From Schmidtea nova (lineage: Eukaryota): DNA of 64,000 bases. A program made the translations under genes and the position numbers. Shown here piece after piece: positions 49,983 to 63,134 of this stretch. The DNA is taken from positions 80,476,001-80,540,000 of the forward strand of contig CM097884.1 in assembly GCA_044892505.1 (NCBI GenBank), given 5' to 3'. The notes beneath the pieces are model-generated. The model was not told the origin of the DNA, did not search any database, and saw only the letters and a program-made list of their open reading frames with translations. Position 1 is the stretch's first letter; each line of letters opens with the position of its first letter.

Positions 49983-52900
49983 CCTTCATTCTGTGCATTG
50001 GGGTCAAATGGACCCCAGTACATTTAAAAAGTGATTTTAAAAGAATTGAGCCAAGTAAATTAACCCGCCAACTCGGATTGCCTCAACTAATATATTTTAG
50101 ACACAATACAAAAAAACCGAATCTAAACCACTGTATATAAATAGGCTGGTCAGGAGGTTTTCTGAAAATTCCGGGACATTTTTGTTAAAAACCGAGACAT
50201 AGTTGAAATTGTCAGTAAAATAGAGAAAATATGTCAAAATTACACCTTTATTAGTTTTATTATTGAAACTTTCATATTATAAATTTTTCTAATCATATTT
50301 TCCACTTGAGTGCACCTTATCGAGGAAAACTGTATTCATTTTAATCATGTCGTAGAATTGACTGCAATTAAATTCCGCATTGAATTGGATAGTAAATAAG
50401 GAATCGAGAGTCGCTATTTCCAATCTGTTTTTCTGATCTCTCCATATTTTTTTGCTAACGAAAAAAGTCGCTCAACCTCGGTTGAAGTACCTGGTAAAGA
50501 AAATGCGAACTCCACAAGCCTTTCCAAATTGACGAATTGAGTAACAGTTTGTCGAAAATGCGTGAAGATTTGGAACCATACTTCATCAAGAGCAAGCTTG
50601 CTGGTAGTCCAGACGTTCATATTGGATTTGACAAAGCTTTTCATCAATTGAACTTCATCAAACAATAAGTCTCGGTCGATCTTCGATTGAATTTCCTTTC
50701 CATATCTGTCTTCAGCATATTTAAAAGATTTTTTGACATCATTCCAAGCTGGATACTTTCTCAAAATAATCAATGAAAATATTTCAGATCCCATCAACTG
50801 ATTTTTCCCATTAATCAATATATTCAATTGTTGTCCAATAAAAATTTTTGACTTTGTCCTTGATGTTTTCTTGATTTCGTTTGTCAAACTTTTAATTCTC
50901 AGATTGAGCAGCAGTTGGCAAAAAATTACAATTCATACGATTGATAAGCTTGACTTTCAATGTTGCAAGCTCATCGAAAGCTTCAAAAGAAGTAGTTGAT
51001 GATGCTTCAATAAGCTTGATGGAGTCACTGATGTTCTTGAGCTGATTGACAATGAAGAGAACCCAAAACTTTCCTTGAGCATTGTTGAAGAAAGAACGAG
51101 TCACTGGAGCACATTTCTCTAAGCCTAGAAAATATTGTTTTTTAAGGCTCAAACATTTCGATAATTCTTTTGACTGCAGGCTCGAGAGTGAGGAATCTAG
51201 TTCCAGAGTGGCTTTTCGTTGGAATGAAGACTTCATCAATGTCTCGGCATAGGTTCTTAAAATGTTCAGTACGCACAGTAAAAATACGGAAATGCTTATG
51301 AATTTTCACAACTATGGCTTCAATGTCTACCTCGAGAATTTCACATCCAGCTCCAGAAGCGTTTTGCGCTATGTGTGCCATACATCCATTGGCAATTATT
51401 TTTCGATTCAATTCTCTTTGAAGTTTTCTCCAAACATTATTCCCTCCATTCCTCTCCACGCCTCCAAAGTTTAGGTTGGTATTATCAGCAGCGTATGCAA
51501 CAACTTTATCTAACAAGCTTTCCTCCCTAATCACTTTCACAATTTCTTTGAAGATTGTCTCTGACTGATCATTAGGAATCAATACAGTAGCAAATTTCTT
51601 GTTGACAACACCTTTGACTGGATCAAAATATCGTAAAACGATCGGCAGCATTTTATTGTTTCCATGGTTTGATGTGTCGGTAATAAGAGAGACAAAATTT
51701 GCCTTGCTTATTGCATCTTTGATTGGTTTGTCAATGAATGGAGCATATACTTTGGAGATCACTTTTGCAGTCTTTGTCTTTCCGAGTGAAAACTTTGGAT
51801 CATAGAGTCCTCTGATAAGTCCAGCAGTACAGTCATTTGAACGAAATGAATAATTGTGTTTTGCATTGTGAAATACAAAAACTGCTTCTTTTCCAGCTAC
51901 CTTTTGCTCCTCATTTGTTGCTGTCAATTTCTGAAAATAATCGCTGACGACGAAAATATCTCGACGACCACCATGAACGATAAGAAATCAACTTGAACAG
52001 ATTGTACAAAGCGCCCGTGATTAATCATCCTGAACTTTTTGTAAATATCCAAACTCGAAAGAGTATTTATCATTCCATGAGGTTTTTCGATGTTTACTTG
52101 CTGATGACATTCTTAAACTAAACATTCTTAATCAATTTTTTCAATCAATCAATTATTAAATTCATACTAACAAACATTTTACAACTGAAACAAATGGCTA
52201 TGTGTATTGATTTTAAACCAATTTTCAGATATTTCTCAATGTAAAAATGACCTAGCTGCGAATGACCTTTTAAATATTTCCGTTACGAATATATTCAAAG
52301 CTTAAAAAAGAAAAAAGAATTCTAAATGGGGAGATATTGTAGCCAATTCCGGGACAGAGGTGCCAATCCGGGACTGTCCCGGATGATTCCACGCAAATGG
52401 CCAGCCTATATATAAATTTGTTACGACAATTTCAAATAAAGTAAACGCATTTCGGCACAATGGTGTCCAGTTGACCCCATATATTTAGAAATAGAACAAG
52501 AACAAGAAATAAAAAAAGAAAACATATGATATTATGCTCAAAACAAGAAATACAAACAAAAATGGAGCCCAAATCCTTCACGTGTTACCCGAGTTCGATA
52601 TTTTCAAATATTGAGAGAAAAAGAAGGCCTAACGGAACAAACCGCGCAAAACTTGAACTCACATTTACTAGCATATAAAGAATATCTCACAGAAACATTA
52701 GTTAATAAAATAGTTGCTGAGACTAATTACCAAACAAGACTGGACCGGTTGTGTGATGACAACTGACAGTATTCCGCGATGTTTGGAACATGTTTGCGGC
52801 AAAAATAAAAGAACCATACAAGCCGCCATAACACTTAACAATAGATGAACAGCTCGTAATAACTAGTGGCTGATGTTCTTTCAGACAATATATACCGTCT

Positions 52901-54139
52901 AAACTGGGTAAGCATGGCATAAAGATTTTTTAGATTTGCGACGCGAAAAACTCGTAACCATTGAAGGCCGAAATTTTATAAGGAAGCAACCTAATCAACC
53001 ACATTCAATTAATTATTCGTTAAATCTAGTTTATCGCTTATCTTTGCCATATGTAAACAAGGGACAAACAGTGACTATGAATAACTTCTTCACAAGTTGT
53101 CGATTAACGGAAGAGTTACTAGAAAAAAACAACAATCATTGGAACTATAAGTGCAAATAAACCTGATTTACCAAAAGAACTTGCAAACAAGACCAAGATT
53201 AAGAAGAGGGAAGTTAATTCTTCAAAGTTTTTCTTCGAGAATAACCTCACACTAGTAAGTTATGTTCTGAAGGCGAACAAGAATGTCCTCCTACTATCTG
53301 CTTTATACAACGATGATAGTGTTGACCTGATTTCAAATAAACCCTACATATAATTAGATTATAATAATTAGTTATAATAATTAGTTAGAACACAAACATG
53401 CAAAAGGAAGACAAAATGATGTTCAATGGTTTTGTTTTTCAATATGATAGATATTGCAAGTATTGCAGCCTATAATTTATTCAAAATTGGCAATCCAAAT
53501 CTATTTATTCCGAAAAGGCCTCCGACCGTAAATTATTTTTGAAGGAGTTAGCCATGCAATTAGCTAAGGATAATATATTTAATAGGTTATCCAACCTCAA
53601 AGCAATGAAGAAAATGTAAAAATAGCTATTCAACAAATAAATTTTAAAGTGATCGACCTTCTACGCGTTCCAATAGCCGAAAATTCACCAGCAAACAAAA
53701 CTGCCAGTAAACGACCACGGTGTTACATATGCCCTTGATCCGCTGATATTAAAACTCGAATACAAAGCTATATATGTGATCAGCCATCTTGTGCAACACA
53801 TACAAAAATTATATGCGAATAAAGTCTTAACGAAGAAGTAATAAAATCGCCCGAAGAACAAGACGACGAGATATATTTTTCATCTCATACTAAGTGTTAT
53901 ATTTTTTATGTATTGAGTCTGAATTTTTTATAGTTACTTTTATGTATTAAATCTGAATTGTTTTGTTTATTTCATTTATTAAAGTTAAATTATCTTTTGT
54001 TATGAATATGTTATTATAATTAATAAAAATTTAAATAAAAACTAAAATTTTGTTAGTTTTCCTTAAAAGATATATCTATATATATATATATGTATGCCTA
54101 TGTATGGACGCCGGAAATTTTCAATGCACAGATTGACGG
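49983..54139 (+). mobile_element. piggyBac transposon with TTAA TSD, decayed transposase and nested hAT
   Basis: TTAA|CCTTCATTCTGTGCATTG (49979-50000) and CAATGCACAGATTGACGG|TTAA (54122-54143), 16/18 match. Transposase ~52500-53830: TIDEQLV...CSFRQYIPSKLGKHGIKIF*ICDAKN, VTMNNFFTS, and a C-terminal Cys-rich RCYICP...CDQPSCATH. Confidence 0.93.
50142..52408 (-). mobile_element. hAT transposon (Blackjack/Tip100-like termini) with 8-bp TSD, frameshifted transposase
   Basis: TIRs TAGGCTGG(T/C)CA; TSD TATATAAA at 50134-50141 and 52409-52416; subterminal CCGGGAC motifs. Transposase from ~52110 in pieces 51142-51927, 50892-51239 and 50414-50887 (SLITDTSNH, ADNTNLNF, GCMAHI, SLPGTSTEVERLFS). Confidence 0.96.
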
Positions 54140-55145
54140 TTAAACTAATATGTATATAATATGCTTAGATATACCAACTCCGGTCATTTGAACTAGCCAC
54201 CATACAGTGAATGCTCGTATGAGCAATCAAAATAAACACACAACATACAAGTATACTTGTGTGATAATTTAGTATAGTATAATAATCAGTTCAAATTATC
54301 TTTGAGCCATAACTGGTGTTGTTTAATATATCTGTCTGAAAAATAGCGGCATCTAATATTATTTGCCGAAACGGTTGACAAATTTATTTACTGGAACTCC
54401 ACATATTTTTTTTCTCTACGATTGGTGATTTCTCTCAATGCTTCTGTCTATTGTCATTTTTGTGAAGTCTTAAATAAAGTAAGTATTGTACAGAACAAAA
54501 TATGTTTAACTAACTCTAAATCCTTTGTTTTATAGTATTGAAGGTAATTATGGTAACATTATCGCGAAATTCTAATGTTTTGGAAATTGTAACGAACATA
54601 AAGGAAGATTACTCCGGTATAAATTCAGAATCAAAATATAATAAAAATTTATCCAACAATAACAATGAAAATGAATCTTCCTTTTATGATAATATAAATG
54701 AACAATCTGTGAGTGAAAATTAAATTGAATAATCTGAAGATGACGATGAAAATTTTTATAATACCAATAGAAGGATATATAGAATACTATTCGTTCATAA
54801 TATGAAGTTGAAATTGAAGGATATCAGTTGACCAAGATTTGTAATGGTAGCAATGTGTGAACAAAATTATAAAAGGTGGTATTGCATGAATGGACTCTAT
54901 GCAGGATATTTTCAAGGATAAACCTTGCCAACTGCTATGGGAAACAAAATACCGTGCTAGATAATGCCAGGAGCTCGTTTTAGAAACGTTTTAAATTCAA
55001 AAATGCAGGGGGGAAAGAAGGTCACTATGTGAACCTTCTTTTGTCTTTCGAATTTTTATTTTCTTGATTATTTATTTTCATTCTTTTAGACTTATATTTC
55101 AATGTAATAAAAGGTAAAACCTTGTGATACCCAGTGCAAAACCCC

Positions 55146-55189
55146 AATAGCAGTCTAGTTTTGAACTTTTGACTCTCATCAGTGCTATT
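55146..55189 (-). ncRNA. Hammerhead ribozyme copy with core mutations
   Basis: AAUAGCA-CUGAUGA-GAGUC-AAAA-GUUC-AAAA-CUAG-AC-UGCUAUU: perfect 7-bp stem I, but GAAA>AAAA and GUC>GAC. Confidence 0.6.
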
Positions 55190-55587
55190 CAGGAGGCGTG
55201 AAAATTGTTCTTAGTGCCAGGTAAGTATAAAACAAAGTCGATCATTGAGTATCGATGCACTGGGTATCACAAAGCTTTATCTTTTATTGTTTGTTTAAAA
55301 ACAAATAGTCATCTGAAAAATATTTATCAAAAGATATTTTACGTGATTGAAATAATAAAAAAAGCTAAAGCAGTCGAGTGCGCTTGCAAACAGTTTCTGT
55401 TGAAAACTTTTAGTGCAAAGAAACGAATATGATATTCATGCGCCATGTTTGCAAGATACATATTATCTGTAAGCCCTAGCGTTTTCAAGTGATGTGATAT
55501 CCGGTGTACCAGTAACAGTATTCAACAAAGTTTTTTTGACTTTGTTTTCTACATACCTAGTGTGAAACTAATTTTCGCGTCTCCTGC

Positions 55588-55629
55588 ATAGCACTGATGA
55601 GAGCCAAAAGCTCGAAACTAGTTTGCTTT
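55588..55629 (+). ncRNA. Minimal type I hammerhead ribozyme (core intact)
   Basis: AUAGCA-CUGAUGA-GAGC-CAAAA-GCUC-GAAA-C-UA-G-UU/UGCUUU: stem I, catalytic box, 4-bp stem II, GAAA, palindromic CUAG stem III and a GUU cleavage triplet. Confidence 0.75.
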
Positions 55630-58600
55630 TGAGGTTTTGCACTGGGTATTGCTTGTTTAAAAACAAACAGTTTTCAGACAAATATTTTTCAAAATAAATC
55701 AATGTGTTGTTTTTTGTTTACCTTGAACTTTCAGCAGCTTCTTTTTCCTGTGTATTAAATAGAATATATACTTAATTGAAATTCTTCCCATAATCTGATC
55801 TTAGTTTGTTAACGTCAGTTGTCATGTACAGAAAGGATAAATCGGTGTCAATAAATTGCAGCTTTTAATTGGAGTCGCTGAAACTCTATCGACTCCCAAC
55901 TTGTTGAATAACATTTTTTAAGAACGTTAATAAAACGTAAAACGGTATTATTTATTTTCTTTTAAGATGAAAATAATGTACAATAAGATTTTCAAGTCTG
56001 TTCTTAAAGAATATCTAACAATTCCGATAAACTTATCACATAGAGTTATCGCCACCTTATTTACAATAATTGAACAAAATTCATAAAGCTATGTAAAAGA
56101 GAAGAAGCGACTTTTTGAAGTAAAACCTCAATTGCCCATATATCTAGTCAAAATTGTAAAATGAATAATCACCAGTTGAAAGAGTCAAATTTATATGAAT
56201 CGTTATCTAAAGTAACTTGGAGTTACTAAAGATTTTCAACTAGTGGAATGGACACTTGGCTTGCTAATTAAGAAAAAGAAAATGTTAACTATTAATTAAC
56301 CAAGTTGTTTTTGTCATTGCAGATTGTATTAGAAGACAATCTAATAGATAACCAGAGTCATCACATGCTTTCTGGAGGCCCCTTGTAACATTTCGGAATG
56401 AGGCCCCTCAGGCGAAAGTGATGCGCAGTCCATTTTACCTCACATTTTTTATAAAAAATAATATGGCGACAGAGTTCATATAGAAATTGACTTCCTGCAT
56501 AATGCTTGATAACTTTAGAAATGGTATTCTCATACGGAATGAAAAATTTTCGAATGAAAAATAATTCCGATTTAGATATCTTGATAAAGAATATTTCAAT
56601 TTGATCTCCATTTGTCATCTCTAAGCTGTCATTCTGATTTCTTCAATACTTATATTCTATAATTTATTCTTAAAAAGGTGAATAAACTTTTCTCCATCAT
56701 ATTTATAGAGTTACATTGTTTTGTGGGCCCCCTGCAACCGCAGGTGGTTAGGCAACGTTTCTGTTGATAACAGTGTGTTATTGGTTGCAATCTATATGGA
56801 TCCTAAGCGAAGGCTAATTTTAAATAACCAATAGCTTGTTTGATAATAAGTTTCACGCGAAATAGCTGCTTAATTTCATTTTTCAAGGTAATTATTTTCA
56901 GATTCTGAATACCAAACCTTTGATACGATCTCATTAATGATAAAAAAAGTCACCCACAAACAATGAGAAGTTCATGAATTTTGAAAAATATCTAGATAAT
57001 GAAAACAAATTCAAACCTGGTCATTCGATCGAAGTAAAAGAATAATTGGAGCTAAAATTAAACTCGTTAGCTTAATTTAATCAAATATTTATGAAAGCAT
57101 AATCACAAGTAAAGAAAATTTATCAGAAATGAAAGCTTGATGTAAAGAATGTTATACCAAAATATACTAAAATAACAGAATGTAGCCATTATTTTTTTTC
57201 ACAATTACTAACCCAAAAACCGCGTTAAAAATATTGGGTTTGCCAAATTTAATACAACACCAAGGAGCATTAAGTAGTGGCAGTTAGACAGCAATTAAGG
57301 TATCTATAATAAGAATTTAAATTATATATAGATAGAATACATACCTACTGCAGATAAAGACAAAAATTAAAATCATAGCCATAAATTACGGGCACATACT
57401 ATGGAAGAGGAGGAAAATAAATTAGGTCAGAAAGACACACATACATACCACACAAAGCCCTATAATAAAAATACACACACAGACAAATATTAAGTGACAA
57501 TCTTTAATTAAGGTATTTTAAAAATAAAATGATTTATAAAGACATTTCAGAAGCTTCATCAGAATTAACAATACCATTTATAAGAGAGGATCAGGAGAAA
57601 TGCAAATTTAAAATTATATTAAAAAATTTGTAAAAAATTATTTTTTGAAATGCAGAAATTGAAGTTATTATGCCTTAACCAGCCAAGTCTGTACAAGGAA
57701 AACATCAAAAAACGTAAAATAAATTTGAATTTTTATTTTAACTTAAAATTTTACAGATATACAGAACATGACAATATAATTACTAAAGGAAGTAATGAAA
57801 CGGGGTGAAGACTTTCAAGAATTTGGTAGGCAAATGAGTTTTGAAAAGTATCCGAAACATACTATCGAGTTGAAAAAAATTGGGCTTCTTACAACATGGG
57901 AAAGATGCAGAAAACATATCAGCCTAAAAAATGTAGAAAAGGATCACAATTATTTTCAAATAAAAATTATAATGACTTGGTTTTTCAGTATTTGATAAAT
58001 ATATAAAAAATATGTAAAATAAATTGATATTTATCTTAAAATATTAAATAAATTTCAAATATGCTAAAATAGTTTAAAACATTATAAATAATTATTACTC
58101 ACCAACTGCACATAATATGTCTTCGTCGCCCTTAATTACAGACAATCTGATGAATAATAAAGTGAAAACCACAGAAGATGTGTGTGAATATCTATAAAAA
58201 GGGTGAAATCTTAAAGGTAATAAATGTAGTACAACAATTAATTAATAATTGAAAAAAGTAAACAGATCAATATTTTGCGGGGAAACAGGCATGAACGGAT
58301 GACAATAGTATGACATATAAGATAATAATAAAAGATTGATGAAGGGTACCCTAAAAAGATATAAAAAAACAAATAAACTTTATAATTGTATGAAAACCCA
58401 AGCTGTAAACATAATTAGCGCATAAATTGAATTATTTTGAGAAGCCGGTGGCCTTTGGGGCTGAGAGCAGAGCGGTTAATTATTAGATTTTTTTAGAAGA
58501 TTTCGTTTTTCAGTTCATTTTTTAATTTTTTAAAAGAACACTAAATAATGAATGACAATTTTAATCAAATAGCCAATTGGTAGAAAAATCAAAACAAAAA

Positions 58601-59462
58601 GAAAAGCATTAAATTGAAAGAATGGAGTCAAAGTATAGAAATTATCAAAATTTATAAATATCTTCCTTTGGACTATCTACCTTATTATTTGGTGAGAAGT
58701 GCAGATAAATCTTGAAAGTGTTTTGTCAATTTTATAGATTAATTTTTAAAGTTAATTAAGTTAATTAATATATTCAATTTGCACAAAGAACACGAATGGC
58801 CAGATTTCGATCCCAACTTAAACAAATATAACCCAACCGACGTTTTTTAACAGCTCTTTGTTTAATCAAATATAATCTTTGCGCTAACTGGAATTAAATC
58901 ATAATAGACTATTTTTTAGAAAAATTCTTTAAAAATAATAATGCCAACATATAATCATCATGTATTCATTATATAAAGACTTTTAATATGTTGAATATCA
59001 TGTTGAATATTTTATGCATGAACACAATGGCACAAAGATCCTGTGGGGATTTACCAATCATTGCATAATGATTGCTGCAATGTTTGGTTGTATGTCGGAT
59101 GGAAAGTCAAGGTGCAATGAGGAGTCGGGATATTGCATCATAATAATCGGCGTGATTGCATCACGATTTTCTCAAATCATTACGTTGAGATATTTTGACC
59201 TCTATCAAATGATGAGCTTAAAATAAATATTGCACAACTTGTTTTTCTCCTTTTAATTTTTATTTTAGATCATGGAGCTACAGATCCAAAATTAAATATT
59301 TACTTTGATTAGTTATTATGACTTATTAAATGTTCACAAACTAGAAGCTTTGTATAAATTTTTTTTGATTTTTTTTCCTTTCTATTTTTATTCATATTAA
59401 TGTATCTGGTATCAGAACCATTTTATGTATTAAATTGTTAATCTTGAATGTATCGTCTATAT

Positions 59463-59786
59463 CAGTGCTCCACAACCTTTTCGTAGCCGTGGACCTTTTG
59501 GATGAAAAACTATGTCACCACGGACCACTACTGTTGATTTTTATAAACAATGTAATTGGCGTCGGAAAAATATGATGAGCGTTGTTTAAAAATAGTTTGT
59601 ATAAACTATACTTTTCTTCTATAATTTATTATTTTATTTCAAGGAAGGATTATTGTGAATTAAAAAAAGGGGGATGTAGTTATATTAGGAAATTTACATA
59701 AAACTTGTATTTCAATTAATAAAATTTCTCAAATGTCCCGCGAACCGAACAAATCAGCTCCTCGGATCACAGGTTTGAGAACGAGG
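59463..59786. mobile_element. hAT-type MITE (324 bp) with 8-bp TSD
   Basis: TSD GTCTATAT at 59455-59462 and 59787-59794; degenerate TIRs CAGTGCTCCACAACCT / CCTCGTTCTCAAACCT; GGACC subterminal motifs. Confidence 0.85.
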
Positions 59787-59974
59787 GTCTATATTATTAA
59801 TAGAAAATTACATTTTTCGAAATTTTGATTATTTATATTTTATAAGCCGGAGTTTTCTTAAGATAACGACTCAGAAGTTCAGAATACTTTTATTTCCCAC
59901 TGATTTCCCATCCCTGGTCTAGTTGCAATCTCATTTAAAAATTGTAAATTTATTTAAAAAACTTTGTGAATATA

Positions 59975-61270
59975 CGTGGTGCGTTCAAAAAGTTTCCGGC
60001 CTACCCCAGAAAAAAGTAAAAGCAAGAAACCACAATTATATTTTTATCAACACAAATACCATTACTTCTCGAACCAATTACCTCCGGCATCGACACACTT
60101 CTGCCAACGACCAGGGAGGGCTTCGAATGCCCCATGGTGAAATGAGGGTGGAAGCTGGACAAAAATCCGATTTACAGCCTCCTCTGAATCGCCTGCATCC
60201 ATGAAATACTGTCCCCGCTGTTGCTTCTTCAATTCCGTAAATAGGCAGTAATCTGAGGGAGACAAATCAGGGCTGTATGAAGGGTGGCTAATCATCTCGA
60301 AGCCACAGTCATTGAGTTTTGCTTGGGCAATGCAGCTGGTGTGAACTGGCGCATTGTCATGTTGAAACTAGTGAGGGAGACCATATGGTTTTCGGCACTT
60401 TCTACGAGCTTGCTCAACGAGATTACCGTAATATTCTCCGCTGATTGTCCGTCCATTCTCAAGAAAGTCGGTGAGGATCACTCCCTTATGACTCCAAAAC
60501 ACAGTCAACATGAGTTCCCGTCTGTGCGACATTCCGGAACGAGACTTCCAAACCTTTCCTTCTTCCGTCTTTCTCCATTCCATAGACTCCCGCTTTGATT
60601 CAGGCTGATGTAGGGGCAACGGTGTCTCATCAACAGTGATGATGTTTTGGATAAATCTTTCTCCATACTTGCGGTAAATGGCGAGGTTCATGAGACACGC
60701 ATTCTTTCGGTTATTGCACATCTCAGTTGTCAAAAAGCGAGGCACAAAGCGAGACACCACCTTGTTGAAGTTAAGGTCTTTCAATAATTGCACTACGGTG
60801 CCGTGTGATATTTGTAGGGATTCTTCCAGCTGCCTGTTAGTTATACGGCGATCTTCCAGTACCATTTTCTCCAATTTTTCCTTCACATCTTCATTTCTCG
60901 AAGTCGTTGGTCGACCCTCTCGTTCCTCATCTGACACACTTTGCCGACCCCGTTTGAATTCAGCAATCCAAAACTTGATGGTAGACTGAGAGGGACACTT
61001 TTCGCCATAGGCTCGATTCAGATTTGTCATGATTTCCTAGTTGGTTTGGCCGAGAAGAACACAAAAGCGAATAGCACTGCGATACTCAATTTTTTTCCAG
61101 CGAATGCACTTGCAACGACATTTCCATCTGCAATAGATAAAGTAAATAAATTAGGTCAATAAGATTTTCAACATGAAATTTTCAATAAATTTCCAATAAA
61201 ATAAACCTATTTCCATTAAAAAATCAATTTGTTAAGTAGGATAGGCCGGAAACTTTTTGACCGCACCACG
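59975..61270 (-). mobile_element. mariner (DD34D) transposon, full length, nearly intact
   Basis: 29-bp TIRs CGTGGTGCG(T/G)TCAAAAAGTTTCCGGCCTA with TA TSD. ORFs 60368-61030 and 60062-60295 share one frame, split by a single TAG; ITVDET / QHDNA / YSPDLSPSDY with 34 residues between the second and third D. An extra stop and a frameshift lie near the N-terminus. Confidence 0.97.
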
Positions 61271-61719
61271 TATTTAATTTCGGTTTTATTTAAAAAATGG
61301 TTTTTAATAAATGATTTGCCGAATTGATTACAAAAACATTAGGTAGCTTAAAATATGTATCAAACTCTGCAAATATCATTTCACTATATATTTTTAAATC
61401 CCAAATATAATGATACATCTAATTCTGTTATTACGCAATAGATACGTTTCCCAAAAATTTGATAAAAATCAGGTAAAAAAGATACGGTATCCATATAAAA
61501 GTAGAGGATTGGTTCTACATTTGTAATCTCAACTAAAATAATGTGATTAGAGTATAAAAACTCCGATTATGTCTATATTTGCGAATCACTTAAAAATATA
61601 TAAAAAAACTTTGAAAAAGTGAAGATAACTTTAAATATTTTTATAGCATGTAATTTGTTAACACGTTCACTGTCATCTGTTAAGCATTTTATTATTTAAA
61701 ATAATAAAATGCCTGACAG

Positions 61720-61974
61720 ATATCAGTGAACGGATTTTAAACTATGTACATAAATGTTTGTTCTCGCTAAAAAAGATTTTTTTGAATCGCGTTAAATCTA
61801 ATTCAGGTAAAAAATTTACGCGATTATTATATTTTATATAATTTAACATATTTATTTATTCATTTTAGTTTAGAAAATTTGGATTGCATCTCTGACTCTT
61901 CAGATGTATTTCTATTATGTCAGTTTTCTAAATGTGAATCAAAGATCGGATTTTCTCTAATTGGTAGCAGTCCT
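61720..61974 (+). CDS. Two candidate exons of an unidentified spliced gene
   Basis: cag|61720-61806|gtaaaa, a 67-nt intron, then tag|61874-61974|gtaagg join in frame: DISERILNYVHKCLFSLKKIFLNRVKSNSENLDCISDSSDVFLLCQFSKCESKIGFSLIGSSP. Confidence 0.4.
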
Positions 61975-62265
61975 GTAAGGGTGGATGCAGTAAAATACGG
62001 TAGTCATAATATTTTTCAATTTCTTATAAAATTTTAAAAGGAAAATAAAAATGAAAGAGTAATATTAAACAATGTGTCCCACAACATTTTTTGCGACATT
62101 ATAAAAATCATTAAACGCCTAACATTAAAATTAATAAAATACACCCATATCCCTTATTACAGCCTAAATTGTAAAGCGAAATGTAGTATAAATAAGCAAT
62201 ACAAAACATATTTCAGCCATTCTCTAATAAAAGGAGAACAGCTAAAATTTTGTTTGCATTGACTA

Positions 62266-62420
62266 GTTACCGTATACTCGTTGAATTTATTTTTATGATT
62301 TCGTCGTTTGTGAATCTTGTAAATAAATTGTAAACACCGCAGACGAGTATAAGCCGCATAGAGGGTCCGGAGTGAGTAGAAAATTGTATAGGCCGCGGCT
62401 TATATACACTTTACGGTTTT
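62266..62420. mobile_element. pogo-type terminal/MITE remnant
   Basis: TACCGTATACTCG...ACGAGTATAAGCCGCA...GCGGCTTATATACACTTTACGG, the TACCGTA + TATAAGCCG palindromic pattern of pogo-like ends. Confidence 0.5.
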
Positions 62421-62747
62421 TTGATTTTATTCCAATTTTCTAAAAACGTAAAATGACCGTATAGCAAGGTAAGGGTGTAGACTGAATCATACTACAATGT
62501 TAAATATGATATAGGGCCAGATAATTCGAGCATTATTTTTTACAGATTAATGAAACGTCATCATAATACATAAAATCGCTGCAGTCTTTCATAAATTACC
62601 TAAAACTACACATTAAACCTAGTCGAATATAAATATGAAACTAGGCAACAGTTATTCTTTACATCAAATATTTAATAGTTCCTTTTTCTTTGGTCAAAAT
62701 AATACTATAGTATTTATAAATAATTATTAAAAAAATATTCATTTTTT

Positions 62748-63134
62748 GGCACTTATTCACTTTACGCCCCCNNNNNNNNNNNNNNNNNNNNNNNNNNNNN
62801 NNNNNNNNNNNNNNNNNNNNNNNNNNNNNNNNNNNNNNNNNNNNNNNNNNNNNNNNNNNNNNNNNNNNNNNNNNNNNNNNNNNNNNNNNNNNNNNNNNNN
62901 NNNNNNNNNNNNNNNNNNNNNNNNNNNNNNNNNNNNNNNNNNNNNNNNNNNNNNNNNNNNNNNNNNNNNNNNNNNNNNNNNNNNNNNNNNNNNNNNNNNN
63001 NNNNNNNNNNNNNNNNNNNNNNNNNNNNNNNNNNNNNNNNNNNNNNNNNNNNNNNNNNNNNNNNNNNNNNNNNNNNNNNNNNNNNNNNNNNNNNNNNNNN
63101 NNNNNNNNCTGGGGGCATAAAGTGAATAAGTGCC
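62748..63134. mobile_element. TIR element (MITE-like) whose interior is an assembly gap
   Basis: GGCACTTATTCACTTTA(C/T)GCCCC at 62748-62770 pairs with 63112-63134; TTT on both flanks; interior is N. Confidence 0.75.

Larger units (their letters stand above)
55100..55705. mobile_element. Penelope-like pseudo-LTR cluster: one inverted copy plus two direct copies
   Basis: Minus copy 55100-55205, plus partial copy 55257-55335 and plus copy 55515-55705 share TTTTC(G/A)CG(T/C)CTCCTG...GCACTGATGAGAG...GCACTGGGTAT. Confidence 0.65.

Noticed and set aside
54530-55000. Acidic N-terminus-like text suggesting another piggyBac remnant
   Set aside because: Too decayed; no TIR/TTAA or catalytic motif.
55700-58450. 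Possible hAT and Gypsy pol remnants
   Set aside because: Only GGCCCC-type subterminal hints and purine-rich coding-like texture; no diagnostic motif could be reconstructed with confidence.
60284-61162. Antisense ORFs over transposases (also 2282-2656, 26815-27057, 27711-27914, 51262-51805)
   Set aside because: Shadow frames opposite real transposase coding sequence.
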